A stretch of 42,819 nt of DNA from a virus (IMGVR_UViG_3300027845_000130:1-42819), one strand, 5' to 3'. Positions 1 through 7,421 are shown, numbered from the stretch's first letter. The notes: generated from the letters alone by a model not told the origin. Translations and numbers: made by a program.

Positions 1-129
1 ACCATTTTGACAGTTCTTGTTGTCAAAGTCAAGTAGTCTTTGTATTCTGTCGACACAAGTTAGTATTTTTACTCTATTATAATTAGTATTTTCTGAGTTC
101 CATTTAGTTGGCACTAATACTTTAATCAT
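1..129 (-). CDS. Small hypothetical ORF running off the left edge (MIKVLVPTKWNSENTNYNRVKILTCVDRIQRLLDFDNKNCQNG...); the frame also opens upstream at ATG 147
   Basis: Hand translation. ATG at 129-127 overlaps the TGA (128-126) of the upstream ORF (ATGA overlap); no stop before base 1. Confidence 0.45.
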   Translation of the reverse strand, partial: MIKVLVPTKWNSENTNYNRVKILTCVDRIQRLLDFDNKNCQNG

Positions 130-281
130 TTTATTGATTTGATACATAGTTTTCTTCCATGATACATATTACTGTATTTAGTATTTACTCTGACATATCC
201 ACTTTCGTAGCACACACCTAATCTACCATCAGTTAATCTGAAGTGGATAGATCCTTTATTAGTTATTTTAATTAATTTCAT
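126..281 (-). CDS. Small hypothetical early-type protein, 51 aa (MKLIKITNKGSIHFRLTDGRLGVCYESGYVRVNTK...)
   Basis: Hand translation, below the ORF-track cutoff. ATG 281-279 overlaps the TGA of the upstream ORF (ATGA coupling). Confidence 0.6.
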   Translation of the reverse strand: MKLIKITNKGSIHFRLTDGRLGVCYESGYVRVNTKYSNMYHGRKLCIKSIK

Positions 282-418
282 CTTACTCTGTCGTATTTAG
301 TTATTGGTATTAGTGATATTAGTTTTCTCATTCTTGCTTTTGATTCACTTGTTGGAATAAAGTTAGCGTGGAATTCATCTAGCTTTTGAAGCTCGCTGTA
401 TATTTGATTTAATTTCAT
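278..418 (-). CDS. Small hypothetical early-type protein, 46 aa (MKLNQIYSELQKLDEFHANFIPTSESKARMRKLISLIPITKYDRVR)
   Basis: Hand translation. A-rich leader and the repeated promoter-like motif at 437-466 lie just upstream. Confidence 0.65.
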   Translation of the reverse strand: MKLNQIYSELQKLDEFHANFIPTSESKARMRKLISLIPITKYDRVR

Positions 419-436
419 AGTTATTTATTTATTATT

Positions 437-466
437 ATTATCAATACTTATTAGTATTATGTTTCG
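437..466 (-). promoter_or_regulatory. Putative phage early promoter, copy 1 (CGAAACA-TAATACTA-ATAAGTATT-GATAAT)
   Basis: One of three copies with identical spacing, each upstream of a minus-strand ATG. Confidence 0.65.
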
Positions 467-506
467 TTGAAGCGTGAGAGTCGAACTCACATTAGCCACC
501 ACTTCC
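467..506 (-). ncRNA. tRNA-minihelix-like element: T-arm GTGAG-TTCGACT-CTCAC on a GAAGT/GCTTC acceptor-like stem, without D or anticodon arms
   Basis: Minus strand reads GGAAGT GGTGGCTAAT GTGAG TTCGACT CTCAC GCTTCAA; canonical 5-bp stem and 7-nt TTCGA loop; intergenic. Confidence 0.45.
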
Positions 507-550
507 TTTATCTCACCAGTTTGCGTCCCATTCAGGTTCGGTGAGTCACC

Positions 551-570
551 TTGTCATGACATTGTGTCAC
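551..570. repeat. Palindromic operator-like repeat, copy 1 (TTGTCATGACATTGTGTCAC)
   Basis: 19/20 identical to 961-980; contains the perfect palindrome TGTCATGACA and the inverted repeat TGACA-N3-TGTCA. Confidence 0.75.
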
Positions 571-797
571 TACACTAACTCTTTATCTCTTAATACTACT
601 GGAATATTATTAGATGAAGTGTAAGATTTGTACTTAGTAAAGCAATTCATTGCATTTAATTTATCTTTCATTATTTCATAAGCAATATCGTGATTGTAAG
701 TAATTGATATACCTTTTTTGTTAGTGAAGTTAATGATTTGATTTTTACCGATTAGAGATTTTCTTATTACGAATCTCTTTGAATTTAAAGTTGACAT
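570..797 (-). CDS. Small basic hypothetical phage protein, 75 aa
   Basis: ORF track; A-rich leader; promoter-like motif at 867-896 upstream. Confidence 0.75.
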   Translation of the reverse strand: MSTLNSKRFVIRKSLIGKNQIINFTNKKGISITYNHDIAYEIMKDKLNAMNCFTKYKSYTSSNNIPVVLRDKELV

Positions 798-866
798 AGT
801 TATTATATTTAAGTTATTATTATTTATTTGTTATTAGTTTGTTGTTTATTAGTTAGTTACATTATT

Positions 867-896
867 ATTATCAATTAGTATTAGTATTAACATTCG
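867..896 (-). promoter_or_regulatory. Putative phage early promoter, copy 2 (CGAATGT-TAATACTA-ATACTAATT-GATAAT)
   Basis: Same motif and spacing as 437-466 and 1291-1320. Confidence 0.65.
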
Positions 897-960
897 AAGT
901 TTATAAGTGTATAATTATTTATGTGTAGAAATAGTTATAGAAGTATAAGTCAATGACTCT

Positions 961-980
961 TTGTCATGACATTATGTCAC
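961..980. repeat. Palindromic operator-like repeat, copy 2 (TTGTCATGACATTATGTCAC)
   Basis: Near-identical to 551-570; preceded by the palindrome AGTCA-A-TGACT at 948-958. Confidence 0.75.
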
Positions 981-1075
981 AATAATATGTACTATTAATG
1001 TTGGTAATGTAATTAGTATTAGTAATTGTAAGAGTTTAATGTGAAGTTTGAATAGTTTGTTTAACATTTGTATTA

Positions 1076-1264
1076 TTATTTATTATATATTTGGGTTATT
1101 AAATCTTTTATTAACATTTCATTAGTTTCGTTATCTTCTAAAGAACATTCATTTTCAACAAATTCAGTTACTTCTTTTAAAGTTTCCTTTTTGTTTTGGT
1201 AATTAGTTTGGAATTTAAAGTGATTTAAAGTATCTTCATTCCAATTGTAAAATTTATTATTCAT
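1076..1264 (-). CDS. Small hypothetical early-type protein, 62 aa
   Basis: ORF track; promoter-like motif at 1291-1320 upstream. Confidence 0.7.
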   Translation of the reverse strand: MNNKFYNWNEDTLNHFKFQTNYQNKKETLKEVTEFVENECSLEDNETNEMLIKDLITQIYNK

Positions 1265-1290
1265 ATTTATTATTTATTAGTTACATTTAT

Positions 1291-1320
1291 ATTATCAATG
1301 TGATATCGTATTAAGTATCG
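1291..1320 (-). promoter_or_regulatory. Putative phage early promoter, copy 3 (CGATACT-TAATACGA-TATCACATT-GATAAT)
   Basis: Same motif and spacing as the other two copies. Confidence 0.65.
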
Positions 1321-1505
1321 TAATGTGTAGTGTCTAGAAAAACGTTGAATTATATTTAGTAGTATTGTAAAAAGCTTGTATATATGCTAGGTTTTGTGTG
1401 AAAAGACTGCGGACTACGTGAAATAAAATGAGTTTTACTGAGAAATATGCAAAAAAAAAGTAGGGGGGAACACCCAGCCTCTCTATTTGTAACACTTTTT
1501 ATTTT

Positions 1506-1552
1506 AGTGACAATAGGTAGTTATAGTTATATAGTAGTACCCTTATGTCACT
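1506..1552. repeat. Imperfect 47-bp inverted repeat AGTGACA...GGTA...TACC...TGTCACT at the divergent strand switch
   Basis: Perfect 7-bp arms at 1506-1512 and 1546-1552 around an AT-rich 33-bp core with inner GGTA/TACC pairing. Confidence 0.6.
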
Positions 1553-1624
1553 GTTTATGTAAAACACTCTTCTTATCTGTAAGTATATATAATATACAAA
1601 CAACAGTAATTAAACAAACAAATT

Positions 1625-1981
1625 ATGGCAAGTTTCATAAAAATAAAAACTACAGCAAACATTAACACTGGTTTAGGTTTTTTTATAAACCCTGAAAAAA
1701 TAGTTTCAGTACAATCAGATGGTGGGGATAATACTTTCACTTATGTATCTTTAATACCATCAGGTAACCAACCAACCGCTAGCGCACAAGTCTATCAACT
1801 AGAAATAGACTGCGATCCAGGATCTACGCCGTCAGATGAATTCCCTATTACAAGAGCTATGAATGCAGCTATAGAAATTGCAATCTCTAACCCTGGAGTA
1901 ATTGTAGATTTTAACGCTATTCTTAAAGGTATACAAGTAGACGATATTGTTGTAACAGGTGTTAATATAGTAAACCCGTAA
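1625..1981 (+). CDS. ANPGG-family small protein, paralog 1 (possibly virion-associated)
   Basis: N-terminal MASFIKI; C-terminal AIEIAISNPG matches ALxANPGG of its neighbours. Confidence 0.75.
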   Translation: MASFIKIKTTANINTGLGFFINPEKIVSVQSDGGDNTFTYVSLIPSGNQPTASAQVYQLEIDCDPGSTPSDEFPITRAMNAAIEIAISNPGVIVDFNAILKGIQVDDIVVTGVNIVNP

Positions 1982-2003
1982 TAATAAAACAAAAAAATAA
2001 AAA

Positions 2004-2288
2004 ATGGCACAATTTTTAAAAATAAACCCACTAAGTGATGACGTTAACGGAACTAGTTTAGTTAACTTTAGTGAAGCAGCGATTATGGAATTCCAAGATA
2101 CTCAAATATGTAAAATCTACTACTCTCAAATTGGAAATAGTAGTCAAGCTGTAATGTCTTTAGATGGTATAAGTTCCGGTGTTCCAGTTTTAATGGATTC
2201 TATACAACAAGCTGTAGAATCAAGTCCATCAGCACATATAATTCCACTTCCTTCAGTTATTGCAGCGGTTGAATATCTCGGTAATTAA
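2004..2288 (+). CDS. ANPGG-family small protein, paralog 2 (divergent)
   Basis: MAQFLKI start, LVN motif, C-terminal IQQAVESSPS at the equivalent position. Confidence 0.65.
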   Translation: MAQFLKINPLSDDVNGTSLVNFSEAAIMEFQDTQICKIYYSQIGNSSQAVMSLDGISSGVPVLMDSIQQAVESSPSAHIIPLPSVIAAVEYLGN

Positions 2289-2299
2289 AAAAACAAACA

Positions 2300-2641
2300 A
2301 TGAAAGAATTTTTAAAATTTAAATCCGTAGGCGGATCTGGAACTGCTGACGTAGCAGAACCAGGTACGTATTATCTACCTATAGATAACATATTGCTATG
2401 CCAAACTCTTACAGCTTTATCCGTACAAATATGGCAATGCGCCTCTCTAAATCTTGATCCAGCTAGTCCTGAGGCATCATATTATGATATTGAGACATCA
2501 AATGCTTCGCTAGATATAGATACTATAGCAGCATTTAACGAAGCTCTAGCAGCAAACCCTGGTGGAAAAGCTATAGAGGTTCAATTGCCAGTTGGTCAAA
2601 CAATTACTGGTTGGAGTTTCCAAACTAAAGGTATAGAATAA
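2300..2641 (+). CDS. ANPGG-family small protein, paralog 3
   Basis: MKEFLKF start; FNEALAANPGGKAIEV. Confidence 0.75.
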   Translation: MKEFLKFKSVGGSGTADVAEPGTYYLPIDNILLCQTLTALSVQIWQCASLNLDPASPEASYYDIETSNASLDIDTIAAFNEALAANPGGKAIEVQLPVGQTITGWSFQTKGIE

Positions 2642-2657
2642 TATAATAACAATAAAC

Positions 2658-2954
2658 ATGAGACAATTTTTAAACTTTCCAAATGGGGAAAACCAATATA
2701 AAAACTTAAAAATAAACGTTGCAGGACTTAGAGCAGGTGCTTATAGCCTTGGAAGTGGTGAGGGAAGAATACATTTACCTTTGCTCGCGTGTTACAATGT
2801 AGTTGCATCTATAACATTTAGCGGAGCTGATCAATCAGACGAAAAGTATCAAACTTATGCAGATGCTATAAATTCTGCACTTGAAGCTAACCCAGGTGGT
2901 GTATCTATTGATGTAGCTGGACCTATTAACTTTGTACAAGTAACAAACCTATAG
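2658..2954 (+). CDS. ANPGG-family small protein, paralog 4
   Basis: MRQFLNF start; INSALEANPGGVSIDV. Confidence 0.75.
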   Translation: MRQFLNFPNGENQYKNLKINVAGLRAGAYSLGSGEGRIHLPLLACYNVVASITFSGADQSDEKYQTYADAINSALEANPGGVSIDVAGPINFVQVTNL

Positions 2955-2967
2955 ATAATAATAAAAC

Positions 2968-3483
2968 ATGGCAATAATAGCATCATACCCGGTAGCGTCA
3001 CCAGAAGAAGGTGATTACTTACTTGGGACTAAAATACAAATATCAGGACAACAAGTAAACCCTACTGCAAATTTTACTATAGAATCTGTAAGAGCTTTAG
3101 TGTTGGGTGATAAAGAAATATCAGTACAATTAACTAACGCAGAAGTGTTAAACCTTGCTACAACGCCTCAACTATTAATACCTGCTCCAGGAGTTGGAAG
3201 ATATATTGAAATTCTATCTGCAGCAATATTGTTTAAAGAAGGGACTATTAGAGACACTTTAATTTATGATGATACAATACAATTTGCTATAGGTACACGA
3301 TCATTTGGTTTTATACCTTCTAAAACTATTGAAGGAGATCTAGTATACCTAATTGATATTTCTGCAGGTACAATAGAAGAAAACACGGATTTAGTTTTAC
3401 AAACTGCATCGACATCGATTACAGGTGGTGGAACTATAGAGGTTAATATTAGATATAAAATACTAGATTCAACAGACTTTTAA
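2968..3483 (+). CDS. Beta-rich putative virion accessory/fibre-associated protein
   Basis: Shares an N-terminal module (MAIIxxYPV...D.L...NPT) with the next gene; the C-terminus has an alternating beta-strand pattern. Confidence 0.6.
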   Translation: MAIIASYPVASPEEGDYLLGTKIQISGQQVNPTANFTIESVRALVLGDKEISVQLTNAEVLNLATTPQLLIPAPGVGRYIEILSAAILFKEGTIRDTLIYDDTIQFAIGTRSFGFIPSKTIEGDLVYLIDISAGTIEENTDLVLQTASTSITGGGTIEVNIRYKILDSTDF

Positions 3484-3491
3484 AATAAAAC

Positions 3492-4760
3492 ATGGCAATA
3501 ATATTTACATATCCAGTAATAAAAGCCGCAGACCTAGCGTCTACAGACAGACTAATAATAAGTAAAATGAATTCAGTAGGTAATAATCCTACTAAAAGTC
3601 TTACGTTAGCTAATTTAGCTAATTTTATAGGACCATTGATTCCAGGACTTGGTACAGTAACTGGAACTGGTACAACCGATACGTTACCGATATGGGCAGA
3701 TGGACCTAACGGTGTTTTAGGTGATTCACCAATTAGTTATGATTCGGCAAGTGAAAAAGTAAGTTTGCCATTAGGTCTAAATGCTTATGTTTTTGCACCA
3801 GGTTCTTTTAATTCTTCAGAATTTGATTTTAAATCAGCTACCTTTAATGGTGGTTTTTATAGAGCAGGTGGTTTTAGATTTGAACAAAAACTTGCTGTAG
3901 GTAGAACTAACGATCCTACAGGAGCAACATTAGACGTAGGTACTTCTACAGACACTTCTCCAGCAGCTTGGTTTAGAAACGGTGTAGTTATTTCAAACAA
4001 CCCAAGTGGTGTAAACGTAGATAACACATCAGTAGTAATTGGTGCTGGTAATAATGATATTGTATCAGGTTCTGACAATTGTTTAGCTGTAGGAAATAAT
4101 AATCAAATATTAAGTAACTCAGATCATGCAGTGGCTTTTGGTTTAGGTAATACTATATCTAATGGAGCAGCGGCATCATTTGCTGTAGGTCAAGGTAACA
4201 CTATAGACGGAACAGGTATTCCAGGTGGCACGACAGTAAGATCTCAAGTTTTAGGATTAAATAATAGTTTAACAGGTTCTTTTGCTAGCTTTATTGCTGG
4301 TGGTAATAATACAGTAACAACAGAACAAAACGCAATGGTGTTAGGTTTTGGTAATACTACTAATGGTGTAGATAATGTGTTTGCTATAGGAGAATCTAAT
4401 ACTTTAAATGACGCAACTGCAAATGGTGTATTTATGATTGGTAACGGAATTACTGGTCAAGACGGTAATATGGTTTTAGGTTTTAGAAACGATACTTCAG
4501 CTTATCCAGCAACTGAATATGGTAATGGTTTAGGTAATACTAAATTGGTTTTAAGTACAGGAACAGTAACAAATAGCAATGCTATAATAATAACAGAAGG
4601 TGGTGTAACAAGAGGCGGTGGCTTTGCTCAAGAACCTAGAATAGTTATGCCAAGCATTGTGGCTTTTGATTACGCAGATGATTTAACGGCTGCAAATCAA
4701 GGAATACCAGTAGGAGGTATATATCATAATGCTGGTGCTTTAAGAATAAGAAGAACATAG
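3492..4760 (+). CDS. Putative fibre/adhesin with YadA-head-like beta-roll repeats
   Basis: Repeated (A/V)xGxxNxI/L units (AVGNNNQI, AFGLGNTI, AVGQGNTI, VLGLNNSL, AIGESNTL); Gly/Asn/Thr rich; C-terminal AANQGIPVGGIYH module. Confidence 0.7.
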   Translation: MAIIFTYPVIKAADLASTDRLIISKMNSVGNNPTKSLTLANLANFIGPLIPGLGTVTGTGTTDTLPIWADGPNGVLGDSPISYDSASEKVSLPLGLNAYVFAPGSFNSSEFDFKSATFNGGFYRAGGFRFEQKLAVGRTNDPTGATLDVGTSTDTSPAAWFRNGVVISNNPSGVNVDNTSVVIGAGNNDIVSGSDNCLAVGNNNQILSNSDHAVAFGLGNTISNGAAASFAVGQGNTIDGTGIPGGTTVRSQVLGLNNSLTGSFASFIAGGNNTVTTEQNAMVLGFGNTTNGVDNVFAIGESNTLNDATANGVFMIGNGITGQDGNMVLGFRNDTSAYPATEYGNGLGNTKLVLSTGTVTNSNAIIITEGGVTRGGGFAQEPRIVMPSIVAFDYADDLTAANQGIPVGGIYHNAGALRIRRT

Positions 4761-4801
4761 TAAAAAAATAAAAAATTAAGTAATAATAACAATAACAAAC
4801 C

Positions 4802-4816
4802 TGCTCGGTAAGAGCA
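4802..4816 (+). promoter_or_regulatory. Small hairpin TGCTC-GGTAA-GAGCA in the leader of the hypothetical-groEL-groES unit
   Basis: Perfect 5-bp stem in an otherwise AT-rich intergenic stretch; no U-tract follows. Confidence 0.3.
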
Positions 4817-4847
4817 TTAACCAATATTTAACTTAAAACCAAAACCA

Positions 4848-5168
4848 ATGACAATTTATTACCAGACTAGCTCTTGGAGCGGTCAACCACAAATTTCAGA
4901 AAAAACCATTAACCTTTGGAAACATCTTTCAGAAAAAAAGAACTGGAGAATAGTACAATTACCAAATGGGTTTTACCAAACTGAATACAAGGATCTTAAT
5001 TGTGAATGTAATCCTAGTCAAAATAGTTGCGCTTGTGAAAAGTGGAACGACGTTACAAGACGTGAAACTTTAGAAGGAGCAGAACAAGCTATTGATTCAT
5101 CAATTGCTCACTACCTGAAAAAAGTAGAATACTTAAAAGGACCAAAAGTAATTAAAACATTTAAATAA
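4848..5168 (+). CDS. Hypothetical protein with a CxC-x6-CxC segment, upstream of groEL
   Basis: ORF track; NCECNPSQNSCACEKW. Confidence 0.75.
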   Translation: MTIYYQTSSWSGQPQISEKTINLWKHLSEKKNWRIVQLPNGFYQTEYKDLNCECNPSQNSCACEKWNDVTRRETLEGAEQAIDSSIAHYLKKVEYLKGPKVIKTFK

Positions 5169-5191
5169 ACAATATAATTTAATTTAATCAA

Positions 5192-6733
5192 ATGATAGTA
5201 AAAAACCTAAATTTTGGCGATGAAGCCAGAGACCAGGTCTTTAAAGGAATTGAAAAATTAGCAAATGCTGTTAGCTCCACACTTGGGGCTAGCGGTAAAT
5301 GCGTTATTCTTGAAGATCAACACGGAAATCCAGTAATAACCAAAGATGGTGTAACGGTAGCAGATTCAATAGTATTATATGATCCTGTAGAAAACATAGG
5401 AGCAACACTAATAAAAGAAGCCGCTCGTAAAACAGTTAAAGAAGCTGGAGATGGCACAACAACCGCAACTATATTAGCTCATTCAATACTTAATGAAGCT
5501 TATAAACATTTAGATAAATCTAATAATAGATTAATAAAAGAAGGTATACTTTCAGCTGTTGATAAGGTTGTAGATTATTTAGAAACCAATTCTGTTCCAG
5601 TAGAAAACAGAATAAAAGAAATTGCTACAATATCTACAAACAATGATCCTGAGCTAGGTGGTTTAATAGCTAGCGCTTTTACAGAAGTAGGAAAAACAGG
5701 TGTTGTTATAATGGAATCATCATCACTTGGTGAAACAGAAGTAGAAATTGTAGAAGGAATAGAGTATGATAAAGGATTACTAAATCCAAACTTTATTACA
5801 GATAAAGAACAAAATCTTTGTGAACTAGACAATCCTTTAGTTATGATTGTGGATTCTAAAATAGAATCAGTAAGACAAGTACAAACTGTTCTTGAGCATG
5901 TTATTAAAACTAACAAGTCTTTATTTATTATAGGTCACGTAGAACCACCAGTTTTATCTGCGCTTGTAATGAACAAGATGAAAGGTAACATAAAAGTAAA
6001 TGTAGTTGATCCACCAGTTTTTGGATTAAGAAGACAAGAAATATTAGAAGATCTAGCTTTACTTACAAATTCTCAAATAATAGATGAAAATCTAGGTGAT
6101 GATTTAAATACAATACAAGTTGATTATTTAGGTACATGTTTAAAAACCACAACAACTAATGATCAAACTATAATACAAATAGAAGAAGCTCCAGAAGAAG
6201 TAGAACAAATTATATCTAATATAAAAGATAAATTAACTAAAAAACTAAAACCTCACGAGGTTATAGGTTATGAACATAGGCTAGCTAGATTGTCAGCTAA
6301 AGTGGCTATAGTTAAAGTAGGTGCTAATTCTGATATAGAGTTAAAAGAAAAACAAGATAGAGTAGAAGATGCTATATGTGCTACTAAAGCCGCGATAAAA
6401 GAAGGTATAGTCTCAGGAGGTGGAGTTGCTTTGTTGAATGCTTCAAGTAATATAAAACACACAAACATAGGTGAAGAAATATTATTAAAAGCAATATTAT
6501 ACCCTTTCAATATAATACTAGAAAATGCTGGAATAGAAAAAGAAGTTTCTAAAAAAGATGGTTTTGGTATAAACGTGGTTACAGGCAAAATGGTGCATAT
6601 GATACAAGAAGGTATAATTGATCCTTTACTGGTGACAAAAAGTGCCTTAAAAAACGCGGCTTCTGTAGCTACTACAATATTATCAACTAATTGTGTAATT
6701 AATAATATTAGAGCAAATGAAAGCAATAGGTAG
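5192..6733 (+). CDS. groEL: Phage-encoded chaperonin GroEL (Cpn60)
   Basis: ITKDGVTVA, EAGDGTTTAT nucleotide-binding motif, RVEDAICATKAAIKEGIVSGGG, GIIDP..V...AL.NAASVA; no GGM tail. Confidence 0.97.
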   Translation: MIVKNLNFGDEARDQVFKGIEKLANAVSSTLGASGKCVILEDQHGNPVITKDGVTVADSIVLYDPVENIGATLIKEAARKTVKEAGDGTTTATILAHSILNEAYKHLDKSNNRLIKEGILSAVDKVVDYLETNSVPVENRIKEIATISTNNDPELGGLIASAFTEVGKTGVVIMESSSLGETEVEIVEGIEYDKGLLNPNFITDKEQNLCELDNPLVMIVDSKIESVRQVQTVLEHVIKTNKSLFIIGHVEPPVLSALVMNKMKGNIKVNVVDPPVFGLRRQEILEDLALLTNSQIIDENLGDDLNTIQVDYLGTCLKTTTTNDQTIIQIEEAPEEVEQIISNIKDKLTKKLKPHEVIGYEHRLARLSAKVAIVKVGANSDIELKEKQDRVEDAICATKAAIKEGIVSGGGVALLNASSNIKHTNIGEEILLKAILYPFNIILENAGIEKEVSKKDGFGINVVTGKMVHMIQEGIIDPLLVTKSALKNAASVATTILSTNCVINNIRANESNR

Positions 6734-6977
6734 AAATTTAATTATACAAAAAGTAGAACAAAATATAACTAAATCACAAGGTGGTTTATTATTAAATAAA
6801 AACGACAGATCTGATATAAGGTACGTAGAAGCTAAAGTGGTATCTGTCGGTGAAGAAGTACAAGGATTAAAAGAAAAAGATACTATATTTTTTGACAGAC
6901 ATGCTGGTCATTTTATTGAATTAGATGATAAAACTTATCATGTAATTAAAATGCAAGATGTTGTCGTTGTTTTATGA
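6717..6977 (+). CDS. groES: Co-chaperonin GroES (Cpn10)
   Basis: 86 aa; mobile loop TKSQGGLLL, AKVVSVGEEV, VIKMQDVVVVL; overlaps the end of groEL. Confidence 0.9.
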   Translation: MKAIGRNLIIQKVEQNITKSQGGLLLNKNDRSDIRYVEAKVVSVGEEVQGLKEKDTIFFDRHAGHFIELDDKTYHVIKMQDVVVVL

Positions 6978-7420
6978 AAAGGCTAGACGCAAGAGATCTT
7001 AAAGATTTAAACTTGCTTAAACATTATCGTATAATACGTAAATGGGCCTGCAAAAACAACGGCTTAAATGATTCAGATTTAGAACTGTTAATATATCTTG
7101 ATTGTGTTGATTTATTTACAATAAAAGATTTTAAAAAAGGTACTTATTCTTACAGTTGGGATAACCGTAGATGGAACAAGTTAATACAAAATGATTGGGT
7201 AGTTGTATGGAGAAATAGAAATAGAACAACTCAAAAATATAATATATACAAAGTTTCTTTTAAAGGTAAACAACTAATACAAAGAATATATCGTATTATG
7301 CTAAACGAAGAAGATATTCCTACTAGCATGAGACGAAATAAGTTAATAAAAGGTAATAGCTATACAGACAAAGTAATGACTCAAGCTATATATAATGTAA
7401 ACAAAGATAAAAACAGATAA
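6974..7420 (+). CDS. Putative winged-helix (MarR-like) DNA-binding protein
   Basis: GLNDSDLELLIYL helix, NKLIQNDWV, YKVSFKGKQLI wing-helix pattern; basic. Confidence 0.5.
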   Translation: MKRLDARDLKDLNLLKHYRIIRKWACKNNGLNDSDLELLIYLDCVDLFTIKDFKKGTYSYSWDNRRWNKLIQNDWVVVWRNRNRTTQKYNIYKVSFKGKQLIQRIYRIMLNEEDIPTSMRRNKLIKGNSYTDKVMTQAIYNVNKDKNR

Positions 7421-7421
7421 C

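Noticed and set aside
467-550. A complete tRNA gene or attP site
   Set aside because: There is no D or anticodon arm and only 10 nt separate the acceptor-like strand from the T-arm; no integrase is seen in the window.
551-980. CRISPR array from the palindromic 20-mers
   Set aside because: Only two copies, 410 bp apart and separated by a gene; no spacers or cas genes.
1447-1665. 72-aa + strand ORF in the ORF track
   Set aside because: It runs through the inverted repeat and homopolymer runs of the junction and overlaps the better-supported 1625 gene; probably spurious.
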